Shown piece by piece: positions 9,606 through 19,541 of a stretch of 64,000 bases of DNA (within the stretch, counting starts at the first letter, position 1; each line of letters opens with the position of its first letter). The DNA is taken from IMG/VR virus record IMGVR_UViG_3300032323_003899, positions 6,818 to 70,817 of that record; one strand, written 5' to 3'. The notes under the pieces were generated by a model. The model made no database searches and had not been told where the DNA came from. It saw nothing but the letters and a program-made list of their open reading frames with translations. Source of the stretch: a virus. The position numbers and the translations under genes were made by a program.

Positions 9606-10727
9606 TTATATTACATAAATTTGTCGAGGGAAAGCATGAAACTTAAGTTGTTTGTTTAAATTTTCTGCAATTAATGCTTCTTTCTCCATTTGTTTCTCAG
9701 GTCTAAGTCTTTCTAGTCTTAGTTTTAATTCTTCTTCTAATTTGACCTTTTCGTCTTTTGCCTCTGTTAGTAAACTTTGGTAGTCCATTACTATTTCGGA
9801 ATCTGGTGTTTTTAGGTTCCCACTATATTTTCCTCTAACTCTTGCTAATGTTTCCTTCACGTAAGCGGTGAACCATCTACGGACCCATTGTCTTGCGGGG
9901 TCATTCAAGTCTCCCCACTCTAAAGCCCCGATGGGTACATCAGAAGGTAATTTGATAATATCGGGGTTCGATTTTAAACAATCGTTCCTATCTTTCCCTG
10001 TAGTGTCGTAGTACCAATACCACACATTTTTTCCAACGTATTGACTATAACTTGTCCAATTGAATCTACCATTAGGTGTATTCATTAAATGAACTAATTT
10101 TTTTCCATCAGGTAATGCAGTAATTCTATATGTTAAACTACCACCTAAAATTCTATTCAAGATATTTGCTTCTTGAGCTCTAATTAGGTAGTCAAATCCT
10201 GACATCATAAAATAAGAACCCTGATAACCAAACTGTGCATATCCTGATTGGTTTGCACCCAAACCAGCACCATCATATCCAAAACCCAATCCCATACCGG
10301 CTAATCCAAAAAGACCCCACGGTTGATTACTATACCATAGTAATTCATTTACTTCACGACCTGCAGGTATTTCATATGTTTGTGTGTTCGCACTTAAAGT
10401 GAAGTAATCTTTTTTCAAAACCCACGGACCATTAGTCTGTAGACCAACAATTTTAGAATATGAATATTGAAACTGTTGTTCAAAGTTCATAGTTCTTGTA
10501 ATTAATGCGTTGGCGACTGATTGGTTGTTCATATCTAAATTAACAAGGTTAACCCATTGTGATTCAATTAACCAATCCAATATATATTGTTCGTAATCTC
10601 CAATTGCTAATTCAAGCAATGAATCCATCATTTCATCTTCTACTTCTACACTTCTTATCGGTGCACCTAAAAGATGTTTGATTCTTGTATAAAGTTTACT
10701 TCTTTCTGGTTCTGCAATTACTGACAT
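9606..10727 (-). CDS. Neck protein, T4 gp13-like
   Basis: N-terminal IKHLLGAPIRSVEVEDEMM and C-terminal WVRRWFTAYVKETLARVRGKY..LLTEAKDEKVKLEEEL. Confidence 0.8.
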   Translation of the reverse strand: MSVIAEPERSKLYTRIKHLLGAPIRSVEVEDEMMDSLLELAIGDYEQYILDWLIESQWVNLVNLDMNNQSVANALITRTMNFEQQFQYSYSKIVGLQTNGPWVLKKDYFTLSANTQTYEIPAGREVNELLWYSNQPWGLFGLAGMGLGFGYDGAGLGANQSGYAQFGYQGSYFMMSGFDYLIRAQEANILNRILGGSLTYRITALPDGKKLVHLMNTPNGRFNWTSYSQYVGKNVWYWYYDTTGKDRNDCLKSNPDIIKLPSDVPIGALEWGDLNDPARQWVRRWFTAYVKETLARVRGKYSGNLKTPDSEIVMDYQSLLTEAKDEKVKLEEELKLRLERLRPEKQMEKEALIAENLNKQLKFHAFPRQIYVI

Positions 10728-10759
10728 AACAATAAATATCTATATAGATAATATTGTTA

Positions 10760-12514
10760 TTACGCCTCTTTGTTGATTCTGTTCATAATTTCTTCCACAA
10801 AGTCTGCGCTGTTGATATTGTCACCCATGACTGTAGCGATAACTTGTTTTTTTGCCATCAAAATATCGTAAATCAAACCTTCTATTGTATTTTCAAAAAG
10901 AGGGTAATAAACAAGAACATTGTTCTTTTGTCCAATACGATAAGCTCTATCTTCTGCTTGAGAGTGGTCAGAGGGTAAGAAAGATAAATCATTCATAATA
11001 ACGGCTTCAGCGGCTGTCAAGGTTATACCAACACCAGCCGCTTTGATGTTACCCACAAAAACTTTGACCTTATCATCTTCTTGAAATCTGTCTACACTGT
11101 TTTGTCTTTCAATTTTGGACATAGAACCGTTAACCTTGACCGCAGACTTTCCGAAGTGTTGAACTATTGCATCTAAGGATTCTGTGAAGTTACAAAAAAT
11201 TATAACTTTTTTTCCCTGTTCAATTATGTTCTCAGCCAATTCTATAGTTTGTAAAGTTTTTTCATTAGCAATGACTTGTCTAACTTTTGTAAGTTTTGTG
11301 AACTGAACGGTGAGAGAATTGGATTCATCGGGTTTACTTCTATACCATTCGTAATACTCACCCATCAAGTTTTCATATTCTTTGGATTTTAATCTCAAAT
11401 AGATTGGTGTTATTATTTTTTCAGGTAAGTCGAGTACGTCTTCTTTGAGTCTTCTTAATATAGTGTTCGTTGTTCTATCTCTTAGCTCTTCTAAGTTTGA
11501 GGCTCCCATAACATTCCACACCTTTCTAGGACCAACTTTGAATTGATATCCTGCACAGTATCTTACAACATAAGCCATCCAATTTTTTGCAACGGGGGAA
11601 TCAACCAAACTTAACAAGTTGAAGTAATCTATTGGTCTTGATGTCATCGGTGTTCCCGTCAATAACCAAACCCTTTCGATATCTTTTACGATATCATTTA
11701 TTAACTTCGTCCTTTGTGCTTGAGCGTTTTTGATATAATGGGCTTCATCTACAATAACCAAATCAAACTTACCTTCTAATATTTTGGACTCTCCTTTTTT
11801 CTTAGGGTCATGGAAGTTTTTAATTATGTCATAATTAATAATCACAAAATCGTGATTTGGTTCAAAATTTTTACCTTCAGCAATAAAAACACTTTTCTTG
11901 GAATAGTTTTCGATTTCTCTCTTCCAGTTTATTTTCAAAGTAGCAGGACAAATAATTAAAATTTTCTTTGCACCGGTTTCTAATGCTGCAATTATAGTTG
12001 AGGTTGTTTTACCCAATCCCATATCATCTGCCAATATAAACCTTTTATTTTCTGCAAGTTTTTGTATTGCCTCCTTTTGGTGTTCCATTGGAGGCCTTTT
12101 TTTATATTTTGTATAATCAATTACAACATCTTTTACGGTGTTGTCTTTAATAATAGACGCCTTAGGTAACCAATAATCACGAAGTTCATTGTCCTCTTCA
12201 ATCTTACCCCACACATGAAACGCTTTTTCTGTTTCAGTTAAAAGTTTTTCAATCCAAAACTTATCAGGTATTCTTATTAAATTCCAATCGTTTGCAAATT
12301 TTAAAGCAAAATAAGAATCTAATACAACCCACTTTTTTGCAACCTTTGGTTGTTTTGTATGATTGTTGATTATGTAATCAGATTGACTTCTTGTGGGATA
12401 AAATCTTCTATTTATCTCAGATTTCCTTTTTAGTTCTAAAATAAAATTATTTGAACCTTCATATTCTGAAAGTATTGCGAGTGCTCTGTTCTCTAAAGTA
12501 TCCTCATTCATCAT
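10760..12514 (-). CDS. SNF2-family (SMARCAL1/HARP-like) ATP-dependent helicase
   Basis: ILADDMGLGKT, DEAH, LLTGTP, AAGVGITL, QAEDRAYRIGQ. Confidence 0.93.
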   Translation of the reverse strand: MMNEDTLENRALAILSEYEGSNNFILELKRKSEINRRFYPTRSQSDYIINNHTKQPKVAKKWVVLDSYFALKFANDWNLIRIPDKFWIEKLLTETEKAFHVWGKIEEDNELRDYWLPKASIIKDNTVKDVVIDYTKYKKRPPMEHQKEAIQKLAENKRFILADDMGLGKTTSTIIAALETGAKKILIICPATLKINWKREIENYSKKSVFIAEGKNFEPNHDFVIINYDIIKNFHDPKKKGESKILEGKFDLVIVDEAHYIKNAQAQRTKLINDIVKDIERVWLLTGTPMTSRPIDYFNLLSLVDSPVAKNWMAYVVRYCAGYQFKVGPRKVWNVMGASNLEELRDRTTNTILRRLKEDVLDLPEKIITPIYLRLKSKEYENLMGEYYEWYRSKPDESNSLTVQFTKLTKVRQVIANEKTLQTIELAENIIEQGKKVIIFCNFTESLDAIVQHFGKSAVKVNGSMSKIERQNSVDRFQEDDKVKVFVGNIKAAGVGITLTAAEAVIMNDLSFLPSDHSQAEDRAYRIGQKNNVLVYYPLFENTIEGLIYDILMAKKQVIATVMGDNINSADFVEEIMNRINKEA

Positions 12515-12909
12515 ATAACATTAACGTGTGTTCTCCCATCCAACCAATAGTCAGTTCCTCCGTAAAATATGAATATTTCTTCAAATGGTTTTATTTCAGT
12601 CAGAGCATAAAACTCGAAAGTATTTCTTTCATGATTTGACCTCCATGATGCGTTTGGGGTTTCTGAATGATTATACAACGAACCCCATCCCCAAGCAACT
12701 ACTTGTTTTTCCCAATCGGAAGTTCCGTAAGGCCAATTAAATCTATAGTCAGATAGTATATCACATCTTTCACCTTTAGGAACTTTCAAATCTAAAATAG
12801 GACACTCTTCGATTATTTCATCTTTTTTTATAAAAGAGTTTGCAAATATTCCATACCCATGAATAGGACTCTTCGCTAGAAAAATTTTCGTAGGAGGAAA
12901 TATTCTCAT
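12511..12909 (-). CDS. SET-domain protein-lysine methyltransferase
   Basis: KSPIHGYGIFA, SLYNHSETPNA, EEIFIFYG. Confidence 0.9.
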   Translation of the reverse strand: MRIFPPTKIFLAKSPIHGYGIFANSFIKKDEIIEECPILDLKVPKGERCDILSDYRFNWPYGTSDWEKQVVAWGWGSLYNHSETPNASWRSNHERNTFEFYALTEIKPFEEIFIFYGGTDYWLDGRTHVNVI

Positions 12910-12958
12910 TAATTTTTGTATTAAATATAAACAACAATTAAGTATTTATCAAATAACT

Positions 12959-13474
12959 ATGGAACAAAAATTAGTCCCTATAACAAGACTTGGTAAGTTT
13001 TTCGGTGCTGAGGATTATGCCTTGGACATTGAGATGGGTCAAGAGTGGCTTGAAGGGGACATGAACTTTACCGTAGTTTTATATAGAATTGATAGGTACA
13101 AAACCAAAACGGATGATGTTTATGGTGAAGCTCCTGAAGATGGAATTCAATTCTTACCTCCTATTGAACTCAAAGGGTTTGTTCAAATTGTTCAACCTAC
13201 AAATCAAAGAATTGGTCAAAGTAAAGTTGAGTTGGAAGAACCTGGTAATATGAGATTTTCTATCTATCAAAATTATTTGGATTCTCTCCAAGTTGAAATT
13301 GCCTTCGGTGATTACTTTGCATATTATGAAACTGAAAGAAAAGTGAGATATTATGTTGTTGCAGATGACGGTAGGGTAGTTTCGGATAACAAACACACCT
13401 ATGGTGGTTATAAACCATTTTACAGGACAATTACAGCAACTCCTGTAAATGAAAATGAATTTAAAGGAATATAA
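12959..13474 (+). CDS. Neck/head-closure protein, T4 gp14-like
   Basis: TDDVYGE motif, IAFGDYFAY; position among neck and tail genes. Confidence 0.6.
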   Translation: MEQKLVPITRLGKFFGAEDYALDIEMGQEWLEGDMNFTVVLYRIDRYKTKTDDVYGEAPEDGIQFLPPIELKGFVQIVQPTNQRIGQSKVELEEPGNMRFSIYQNYLDSLQVEIAFGDYFAYYETERKVRYYVVADDGRVVSDNKHTYGGYKPFYRTITATPVNENEFKGI

Positions 13475-13479
13475 AAGTT

Positions 13480-14007
13480 ATGTCACAGTTAGGATATAGA
13501 ACCAAAAAAGTTGGTCAAATGATTGTAACAGTTCCCGATAGTTTTAATTCGGAACCAGGAGCGTTAGTTTTCGGAGGGCTTCATTATGCAACACCTTCTT
13601 GGATGATGGAACAAGTACCATTATCTTTATTGAGGAGTAAACCTTTTTGTTTTATTCCTTGGCAATACACGATTGATGAGGTCAAAAGAAGAATCCAAGG
13701 GATTAAAATAAGTTCCGTTTCGGGATTCTCCAAGGGAGGTCTCAGAGCGTATCCTGCTATAGACCAAGGTTATAATTTTGTGGGACTGATAGACCCTTCC
13801 ATTGAAGGTTCATATACATCAGTTCAAATTCCTCAAAATTCAGATGTCGTTTTGGTTTATCAAAAAGGAAGACAGTGGGGAGCGTCTTCATTAAAGTATT
13901 CGATAAATAAATTGAAAGAGTCAGGTGTTAGTGATGTATATGCGGTGTCTTTAGGTCATTCCGAAATTCCTAAGTTCTTCTTTAATAAATTTGGCGATAA
14001 ATTATAA
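13480..14007 (+). CDS. Small alpha/beta-hydrolase-like protein
   Basis: Nucleophile elbow GFSKGG, GLIDPS, C-terminal GH. Confidence 0.55.
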   Translation: MSQLGYRTKKVGQMIVTVPDSFNSEPGALVFGGLHYATPSWMMEQVPLSLLRSKPFCFIPWQYTIDEVKRRIQGIKISSVSGFSKGGLRAYPAIDQGYNFVGLIDPSIEGSYTSVQIPQNSDVVLVYQKGRQWGASSLKYSINKLKESGVSDVYAVSLGHSEIPKFFFNKFGDKL

Positions 14008-14008
14008 T

Positions 14009-15052
14009 ATGGGTTATCCGAAAAAAGTCATAAAATCTTTACCTTTAGAACCAAAAAAAACCTTGTATGCGAGAAGGCAACAACTTCTTGAGTATATAAA
14101 CAAGGATGGTACTTACTTACCTAAATCAGTTCTACACTCTGATTTAGACAGAGGTATGTTAGACTTCGTTAAAGAAGATTTACGTTTAGTTACTGCAGGA
14201 AAATTGGTACCGTTAATCGATATTATCATAACAACTCAAAACTGGACTCAGTTTACAGAAACATGGAACTTTGTTGACCAAGACTTCAACGTAAAACCTC
14301 CGTTCATTACTGTTGTAAGAAATCCAGACGTTAAATACGGAAGTAATCCATCTTTACAATATACGATTCCAAATAGGAAAGAATTCTATTATGCATCAGT
14401 TCCAACATGGAATGGAAATCAGGAGGGTATGGACATATATAAAATACCACAACCTGTTCCTGTAGACATGACTTTCAATGTTAGAATTGTTTGTAATAGG
14501 ATGAGAGAACTTAATGAGTTTAATAAAATTGTATTACAAAAATTTTCTTCTCGTCAGGCTTATACTTTTATCAAAGGTCAATATGTACCAATCATAATGA
14601 ATAATGTGAGTGATGAAAGTATAAGTGACTTAGATAAAAGAAAGTATTATGTTCAAAACTATGACTTCACAATGTTAGGATATCTTATCGATGAAGATGA
14701 GTTTGAAGTAAAGCCCGCAATTTCAAGAGTGCTTACTATGATGGAAGTTTCTGATGGTCCTTCTCTTGGTAGGAAAAGAAAATTGGAACCACCCAACACC
14801 AATACATTTGTCAATGAATTTTTATTTGTTTCAGGTACCACAGTTTTAAGTGAAATAATTGATAACCGTGTTAATGTTACAATAACTAACACAACAAACA
14901 TTTCATCTTTCGATATTTTTATCAATAACCAATATTTCGGTTCTGATGTTTGGGAAATATTCTTAGATACAAATGACATTTTGAGAGTAGAGGTCGTTAA
15001 AGACGATAACTCACAAAATTCAATTATGCAAATAGCTAACAGATTGGTTTAA
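14009..15052 (+). CDS. Tail terminator/sheath stabiliser, T4 gp15-like
   Basis: PQPVPVDMTFNVRIV..MRELN motif; directly upstream of the sheath gene. ATG at 14009 is preferred over TTG at 13991. Confidence 0.65.
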   Translation: MGYPKKVIKSLPLEPKKTLYARRQQLLEYINKDGTYLPKSVLHSDLDRGMLDFVKEDLRLVTAGKLVPLIDIIITTQNWTQFTETWNFVDQDFNVKPPFITVVRNPDVKYGSNPSLQYTIPNRKEFYYASVPTWNGNQEGMDIYKIPQPVPVDMTFNVRIVCNRMRELNEFNKIVLQKFSSRQAYTFIKGQYVPIIMNNVSDESISDLDKRKYYVQNYDFTMLGYLIDEDEFEVKPAISRVLTMMEVSDGPSLGRKRKLEPPNTNTFVNEFLFVSGTTVLSEIIDNRVNVTITNTTNISSFDIFINNQYFGSDVWEIFLDTNDILRVEVVKDDNSQNSIMQIANRLV

Positions 15053-15216
15053 TCCTCTCCGTAGATATCTTTTTTCTCTTTACACTTTTCTAATATCAAG
15101 GTCTCCAAGAATTTGTATATTTTAATTCCTTTCTTGTCACAATACTTTTTTAGAATATTGTGTACTTCTTTTGATATTTTAATGTTTTTTATTTCGTTAT
15201 CGTATAATCCTCCCAT
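15049..15216 (-). CDS. 55-aa ribbon-helix-helix-like DNA-binding protein (absent from the ORF track)
   Basis: Translated by hand: MGGLYDNEIKNIKISKEVHNILKKYCDKKGIKIYKFLETLILEKCKEKKDIYGED*. It fills the intergenic gap and has its own TATTTATA upstream. Confidence 0.7.
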   Translation of the reverse strand: MGGLYDNEIKNIKISKEVHNILKKYCDKKGIKIYKFLETLILEKCKEKKDIYGED

Positions 15217-15295
15217 AAAGATAAAAAAGGTAGAATAGTTTCTGCCTGTTTATAAATAGATTTGAAAAAGTAAAGTTTTTTCATTCTTACTTGAA

Positions 15296-15302
15296 TATTT
15301 AT
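15296..15302 (+). promoter_or_regulatory. TATTTAT putative late-promoter motif upstream of the sheath gene (representative copy)
   Basis: The motif recurs in most short intergenic regions ahead of structural genes (see findings). Confidence 0.65.
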
Positions 15303-15336
15303 GAATAAAAATAAATCTAAATAGAAACCGTAAATA

Positions 15337-18300
15337 ATGGCAACAGCTCAAGTAAATCAGAAAGTGTTCGTTTCTCCAGGTGTTTATACCTCAGAAACTG
15401 ACTTGTCTTTTGTGGCGCAGAGTGTAGGTGTTACGACATTAGGTTTGGTTGGTGAGACTATTAAAGGTCCTGCTTTCGAACCTATTTTCATAACAAACTA
15501 CGATGAATTTCAATCTTTTTTTGGAGGGACAGAACCTACCAAATTTCAGGGTACACAAATCCCGAAATATGAGGCATCCTACATTGCCAAATCATATCTT
15601 CAACAATCAAACCAACTTTTTGTAACAAGAATTTTGGGTCTTTCAGGTTATGATGCTGGACCTTCTTGGACTATATTAGCTAAGGCGAACGTAAACACTG
15701 CAACAATTGGTTTGTCTGCTGTTTCAGGTACTCCTTGGACTTGTAACTTCTCAGGTAATTCAACAGGTAATACAATTACTTTAACAGGTTCACTACCTGC
15801 TACTGTAAATTCATTGTTGAATTCTCAGTACAGACTATCTGATGGTTCAACTTCAACATTTAATGATGATTTTGAAGTTTACTTAGGGGAAATTTTAGAC
15901 ACACCATCTTCTTCCGCTTCAACGGCAATTGTATATGGTTCGATTATTGGCTCAGATTATACTGGCCTTTCGGCATCTTACTCAGCAATCACAAACGTAT
16001 TTGGTGTAAATTCTTTGAATTTTTCGTCAAATGTTTTGAGCGATGGAGATAACTACCCTTGGTACTATTCAAATTTCTCAAATTATTCTGGTAATGATTA
16101 TTCAGGATTTTCATTTGATTACGTGGTTAGTTCCTTGACTAATAACGGTGGTGGGAATTATAGTGGTACGGTTTCAGGTAATGTATATTCTTATTCAGGT
16201 ACAGCATACTCTGAATACAATAATCTTGTTTTAGCTACTTTACGTTCAAGAGGTATAAGTAGTTATTCTACAACACTTCATGGCCCTCAATATCAGGTTA
16301 CTGGTACAACAGATTTGACCATGGATTGTACAGGTTCTTACTCAGGAGTTAGTGAAAATCCTTTCGGAACTTTCTTGTTATCAGGTGTGACTGCAGATGG
16401 TGACAACTTCAGTTTCCAATCTTCATTCTCCTTAAGTGATAGTAGATACCTAACTAAGGTTTTAGGTGTATCAAACTTTGACAAAAACAGGAATGAAGTT
16501 CCTATATTTGTTGAAGAAATCTATCCTGTAGAACTTAATGAACTTTATGATAAAGGTTATATTAGAGGTTTAGATTGTGACTTGGTTGCATTACCTGCAG
16601 CAGTTTCTTATAATTCAGATTCTATTGCATGGAATTTAGAAAAATATCAAACTCCTCTTACTCCATTCTTGGTTTCTGAACTTAGAGGTAATAAAGTTTA
16701 TAAGTTATTTAGATTCCATTCTATTTCAGATGGTTCTGACGCAAACACACAAATAAAGGTTTCTATTGCGAACATTTCTTTCTCAAATCTATCTTTTGAT
16801 GTTTTGGTGAGAGACTTCTTTGATACTGACCAAAATCCAGTAGTGATTGAAAAATTCACCAATTGTACAATGGACCCAGCTTCTAACAGCTTCATCGGTA
16901 AAAAGATAGGTTCTTTCGATGGTGAGTATCCATTGGTTTCAACAAACATAATGGTGGAACTTTCTAACGAAGCTCCAATAGACGCATTACCTTGTGGATT
17001 CTATGGTTACGACCAAAGAGTTTATGATACAATTGCAAACCCTTCTCCTGTTCCAATTTACAAAACACAATATAATTTCCCTGGCGAAGTGATTTATAAT
17101 CCTCCATTCGGTATTTCTGCAGCGGGTGCATCAATAGATGAATCTGCTGGTGATAATGTTAGAAGAACTTACTTAGGTTTCTCAACAAGAATAGGAACTG
17201 ATTTATCTTTCTTACAATATAAAGGTAAAAGAAATCCTTCGGCGGCAACTTGGGGTATAGCAACAGACTCTGAACCTTGGAACTACCTTACTAAAGGTTT
17301 CCACATGGACTCAGGTGCTACTGTTGTAACTATTGGTTCTGAATATGTGACAAGTGGTGAAACTGCATTCGATTGTGGAGATGCTGAATTCAGAGCGGAA
17401 ATTGAAACTCAAGAAAACCCATACTATTATATCTACTCAAGGAAGTTCACAGTATGTTTTGCTGGTGGATTCGATGGTTGGGATATCTACAGAGAGTTTA
17501 GAACAAATGAAGATAGATTCAGATTAGGTGCTTCAGGTTACTTAGCAGGAGCCGCTCCTTCAACAAGATACCCAACAGCATCAGGTGAAGGTATGTTCAA
17601 GAGAATCATTGTGGATAAAAATTCACAAGACTTTGCGAATACTGACTACTACGCTTACTTACTTGGTATCTTATCATTCCAAAACCCTGAATCAACTAAC
17701 ATTAATGTATTTGCAACTTCAAGTATTGATTATGTAAACAATCCTAAACTTGTTGAAGCAGCAATTAACATGGTCCAATTCTCAAGAGCGGATTCTGTAT
17801 ACATCGCAACAACACCGGATTATCCGATGTATACTACAGATTCTAACAACTCTGACTTGATAATCTATCCACAAGAGGCTGTAGATAACTTAGATAACTC
17901 AGCGATTGATTCTAATTATACGGCAACTTACTACCCATGGATTTTGGTTAGAGATACTGTAAATAATACACAGTTATATCTTCCTCCTACAGGTGAAGTT
18001 TGTAGAAACTTAGCATTGACTGATAATATCGCATTCCCTTGGTTCGCGTCAGCGGGTTATACGAGAGGTCTTGTAAATTCAGTTAAAGCTAGATTGAAAC
18101 TAACACAAGAAGATAGAGATACGTTGTATCAAGGTAGAATAAACCCAATTGCAACCTTCTCTGACGTTGGTACTGTAATTTGGGGTAACAAAACTTTACA
18201 AGTTGCGGATTCTGCACTCAACAGATTGAATGTTAGAAGATTACTTTTACAAGCTCGTAAGTTGATTTCAGCTGTAGCTGTAAGGTTATTGTTTGAACAA

Positions 18301-18531
18301 AACGACCAAATTGTGAGACAACAGTTCCTTGACAGTGTAAACCCAATTCTCGATGGTATCAGAAGAGACAGAGGTCTTTATGATTTCCGTGTAACAGTAT
18401 TGTCTACACCTGAGGATTTGGATAGAAATACACTTACAGGTAAAATTTATCTAAAACCGACGAAAGCACTTGAATTCATTGATATAGAGTTCTTTATCAC
18501 ACCTACAGGTGCCTCGTTTGAGAATATCTAA
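15337..18531 (+). CDS. Contractile tail sheath protein (gp18-like)
   Basis: FVSPGVYTSETDLS N-terminus; YYPW, PWFASAGYTRG, RINPI, WGNKTL, RLNVRRLL, LKPTKALEFIDIEF. Confidence 0.97.
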   Translation: MATAQVNQKVFVSPGVYTSETDLSFVAQSVGVTTLGLVGETIKGPAFEPIFITNYDEFQSFFGGTEPTKFQGTQIPKYEASYIAKSYLQQSNQLFVTRILGLSGYDAGPSWTILAKANVNTATIGLSAVSGTPWTCNFSGNSTGNTITLTGSLPATVNSLLNSQYRLSDGSTSTFNDDFEVYLGEILDTPSSSASTAIVYGSIIGSDYTGLSASYSAITNVFGVNSLNFSSNVLSDGDNYPWYYSNFSNYSGNDYSGFSFDYVVSSLTNNGGGNYSGTVSGNVYSYSGTAYSEYNNLVLATLRSRGISSYSTTLHGPQYQVTGTTDLTMDCTGSYSGVSENPFGTFLLSGVTADGDNFSFQSSFSLSDSRYLTKVLGVSNFDKNRNEVPIFVEEIYPVELNELYDKGYIRGLDCDLVALPAAVSYNSDSIAWNLEKYQTPLTPFLVSELRGNKVYKLFRFHSISDGSDANTQIKVSIANISFSNLSFDVLVRDFFDTDQNPVVIEKFTNCTMDPASNSFIGKKIGSFDGEYPLVSTNIMVELSNEAPIDALPCGFYGYDQRVYDTIANPSPVPIYKTQYNFPGEVIYNPPFGISAAGASIDESAGDNVRRTYLGFSTRIGTDLSFLQYKGKRNPSAATWGIATDSEPWNYLTKGFHMDSGATVVTIGSEYVTSGETAFDCGDAEFRAEIETQENPYYYIYSRKFTVCFAGGFDGWDIYREFRTNEDRFRLGASGYLAGAAPSTRYPTASGEGMFKRIIVDKNSQDFANTDYYAYLLGILSFQNPESTNINVFATSSIDYVNNPKLVEAAINMVQFSRADSVYIATTPDYPMYTTDSNNSDLIIYPQEAVDNLDNSAIDSNYTATYYPWILVRDTVNNTQLYLPPTGEVCRNLALTDNIAFPWFASAGYTRGLVNSVKARLKLTQEDRDTLYQGRINPIATFSDVGTVIWGNKTLQVADSALNRLNVRRLLLQARKLISAVAVRLLFEQNDQIVRQQFLDSVNPILDGIRRDRGLYDFRVTVLSTPEDLDRNTLTGKIYLKPTKALEFIDIEFFITPTGASFENI

Positions 18532-18552
18532 TAAATTTTAACAATTAAAAAT

Positions 18553-18580
18553 AAACCCCCACACTTAAAGTGGGGGTTTT
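18553..18580 (+). terminator. Intrinsic terminator after the sheath gene
   Basis: AAACCCCCAC-acttaaa-GTGGGGGTTT followed by a T-rich tract. Confidence 0.8.
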
Positions 18581-18617
18581 ATATTTATAGAAATAAAATA
18601 TAAAGCTATTTATTAGA

Positions 18618-19445
18618 ATGATTTATTTAATCGAGAATTTTAGTGAGAGACTTGTTCCTAATATGAAGTATTATGCTTTTGATTGGGACGACAACATAGT
18701 TCACATGCCTACCGAAATTATTCTATCAACTGACGATGGTGAAGAAGTGGGAATGTCCACGAAAGACTTTGCGGAATATAGACATGAAATAGGAAAAAAT
18801 AATTTTGAATACAAAGGTAAAACCATCACTGGTTATGGAAAAGAACCTTTTAGAAACTTCAGAGTAGAAGGTGACAAACAATTTTTGATAGATGCTATGA
18901 GGGCAGAACAAGGACCCGCGTTTGATGATTTCAAAGAGGCAATTAATAACGGTTCGATTTTCGCAATCATTACAGCCAGAGGACACAAACCTGAGACATT
19001 AAAGAAAGCGGTTTACAATTACATCGTAAGTGGTTTCAACGGAATCGACAAAGATATGTTACTGAAAAATTTAAGAAAATATAGAACCTTTGTGGATGAA
19101 GACGATATGAGTGATTCTGAATTAATTAAATCCTATTTAGAATTAAACAAGTATCATCCTGTAAGTTTTGGTGAAGAGAAAGGGGCGGCTAGTCCTGAAG
19201 AATTAAAAGTGATGGCTATGGATGATTTTGTGTCTTATATAAAAGGAATGGCAGCTGTATTAAATAAGAAAGCTTATATAAAAAGTGATATAGGAAATAA
19301 ATTTGTACCAGCTAAAACATTTATAGGTTTTTCTGATGATGACCCTAAGAATGTAGAAGTAATGAAGAAACATTTTGAAAATAAACCAGGTAAAGAGGTT
19401 AAGACATTTTCTACTGCATCTGGAACTAAAAAGGAAGTTAAATAA
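18618..19445 (+). CDS. HAD-superfamily phosphatase-like protein
   Basis: Motif I YAFDWDDNI, motif II IITARGH, conserved K, motif IV GFSDDD. Confidence 0.7.
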   Translation: MIYLIENFSERLVPNMKYYAFDWDDNIVHMPTEIILSTDDGEEVGMSTKDFAEYRHEIGKNNFEYKGKTITGYGKEPFRNFRVEGDKQFLIDAMRAEQGPAFDDFKEAINNGSIFAIITARGHKPETLKKAVYNYIVSGFNGIDKDMLLKNLRKYRTFVDEDDMSDSELIKSYLELNKYHPVSFGEEKGAASPEELKVMAMDDFVSYIKGMAAVLNKKAYIKSDIGNKFVPAKTFIGFSDDDPKNVEVMKKHFENKPGKEVKTFSTASGTKKEVK

Positions 19446-19541
19446 GTATATTTTTTTTAAAACAGGAAGTAAATAGAAAAATTTTACCTGTGAGTATATT
19501 TATAACATATAAACAAAAAAAAATTTTAAATTTATAATAAC

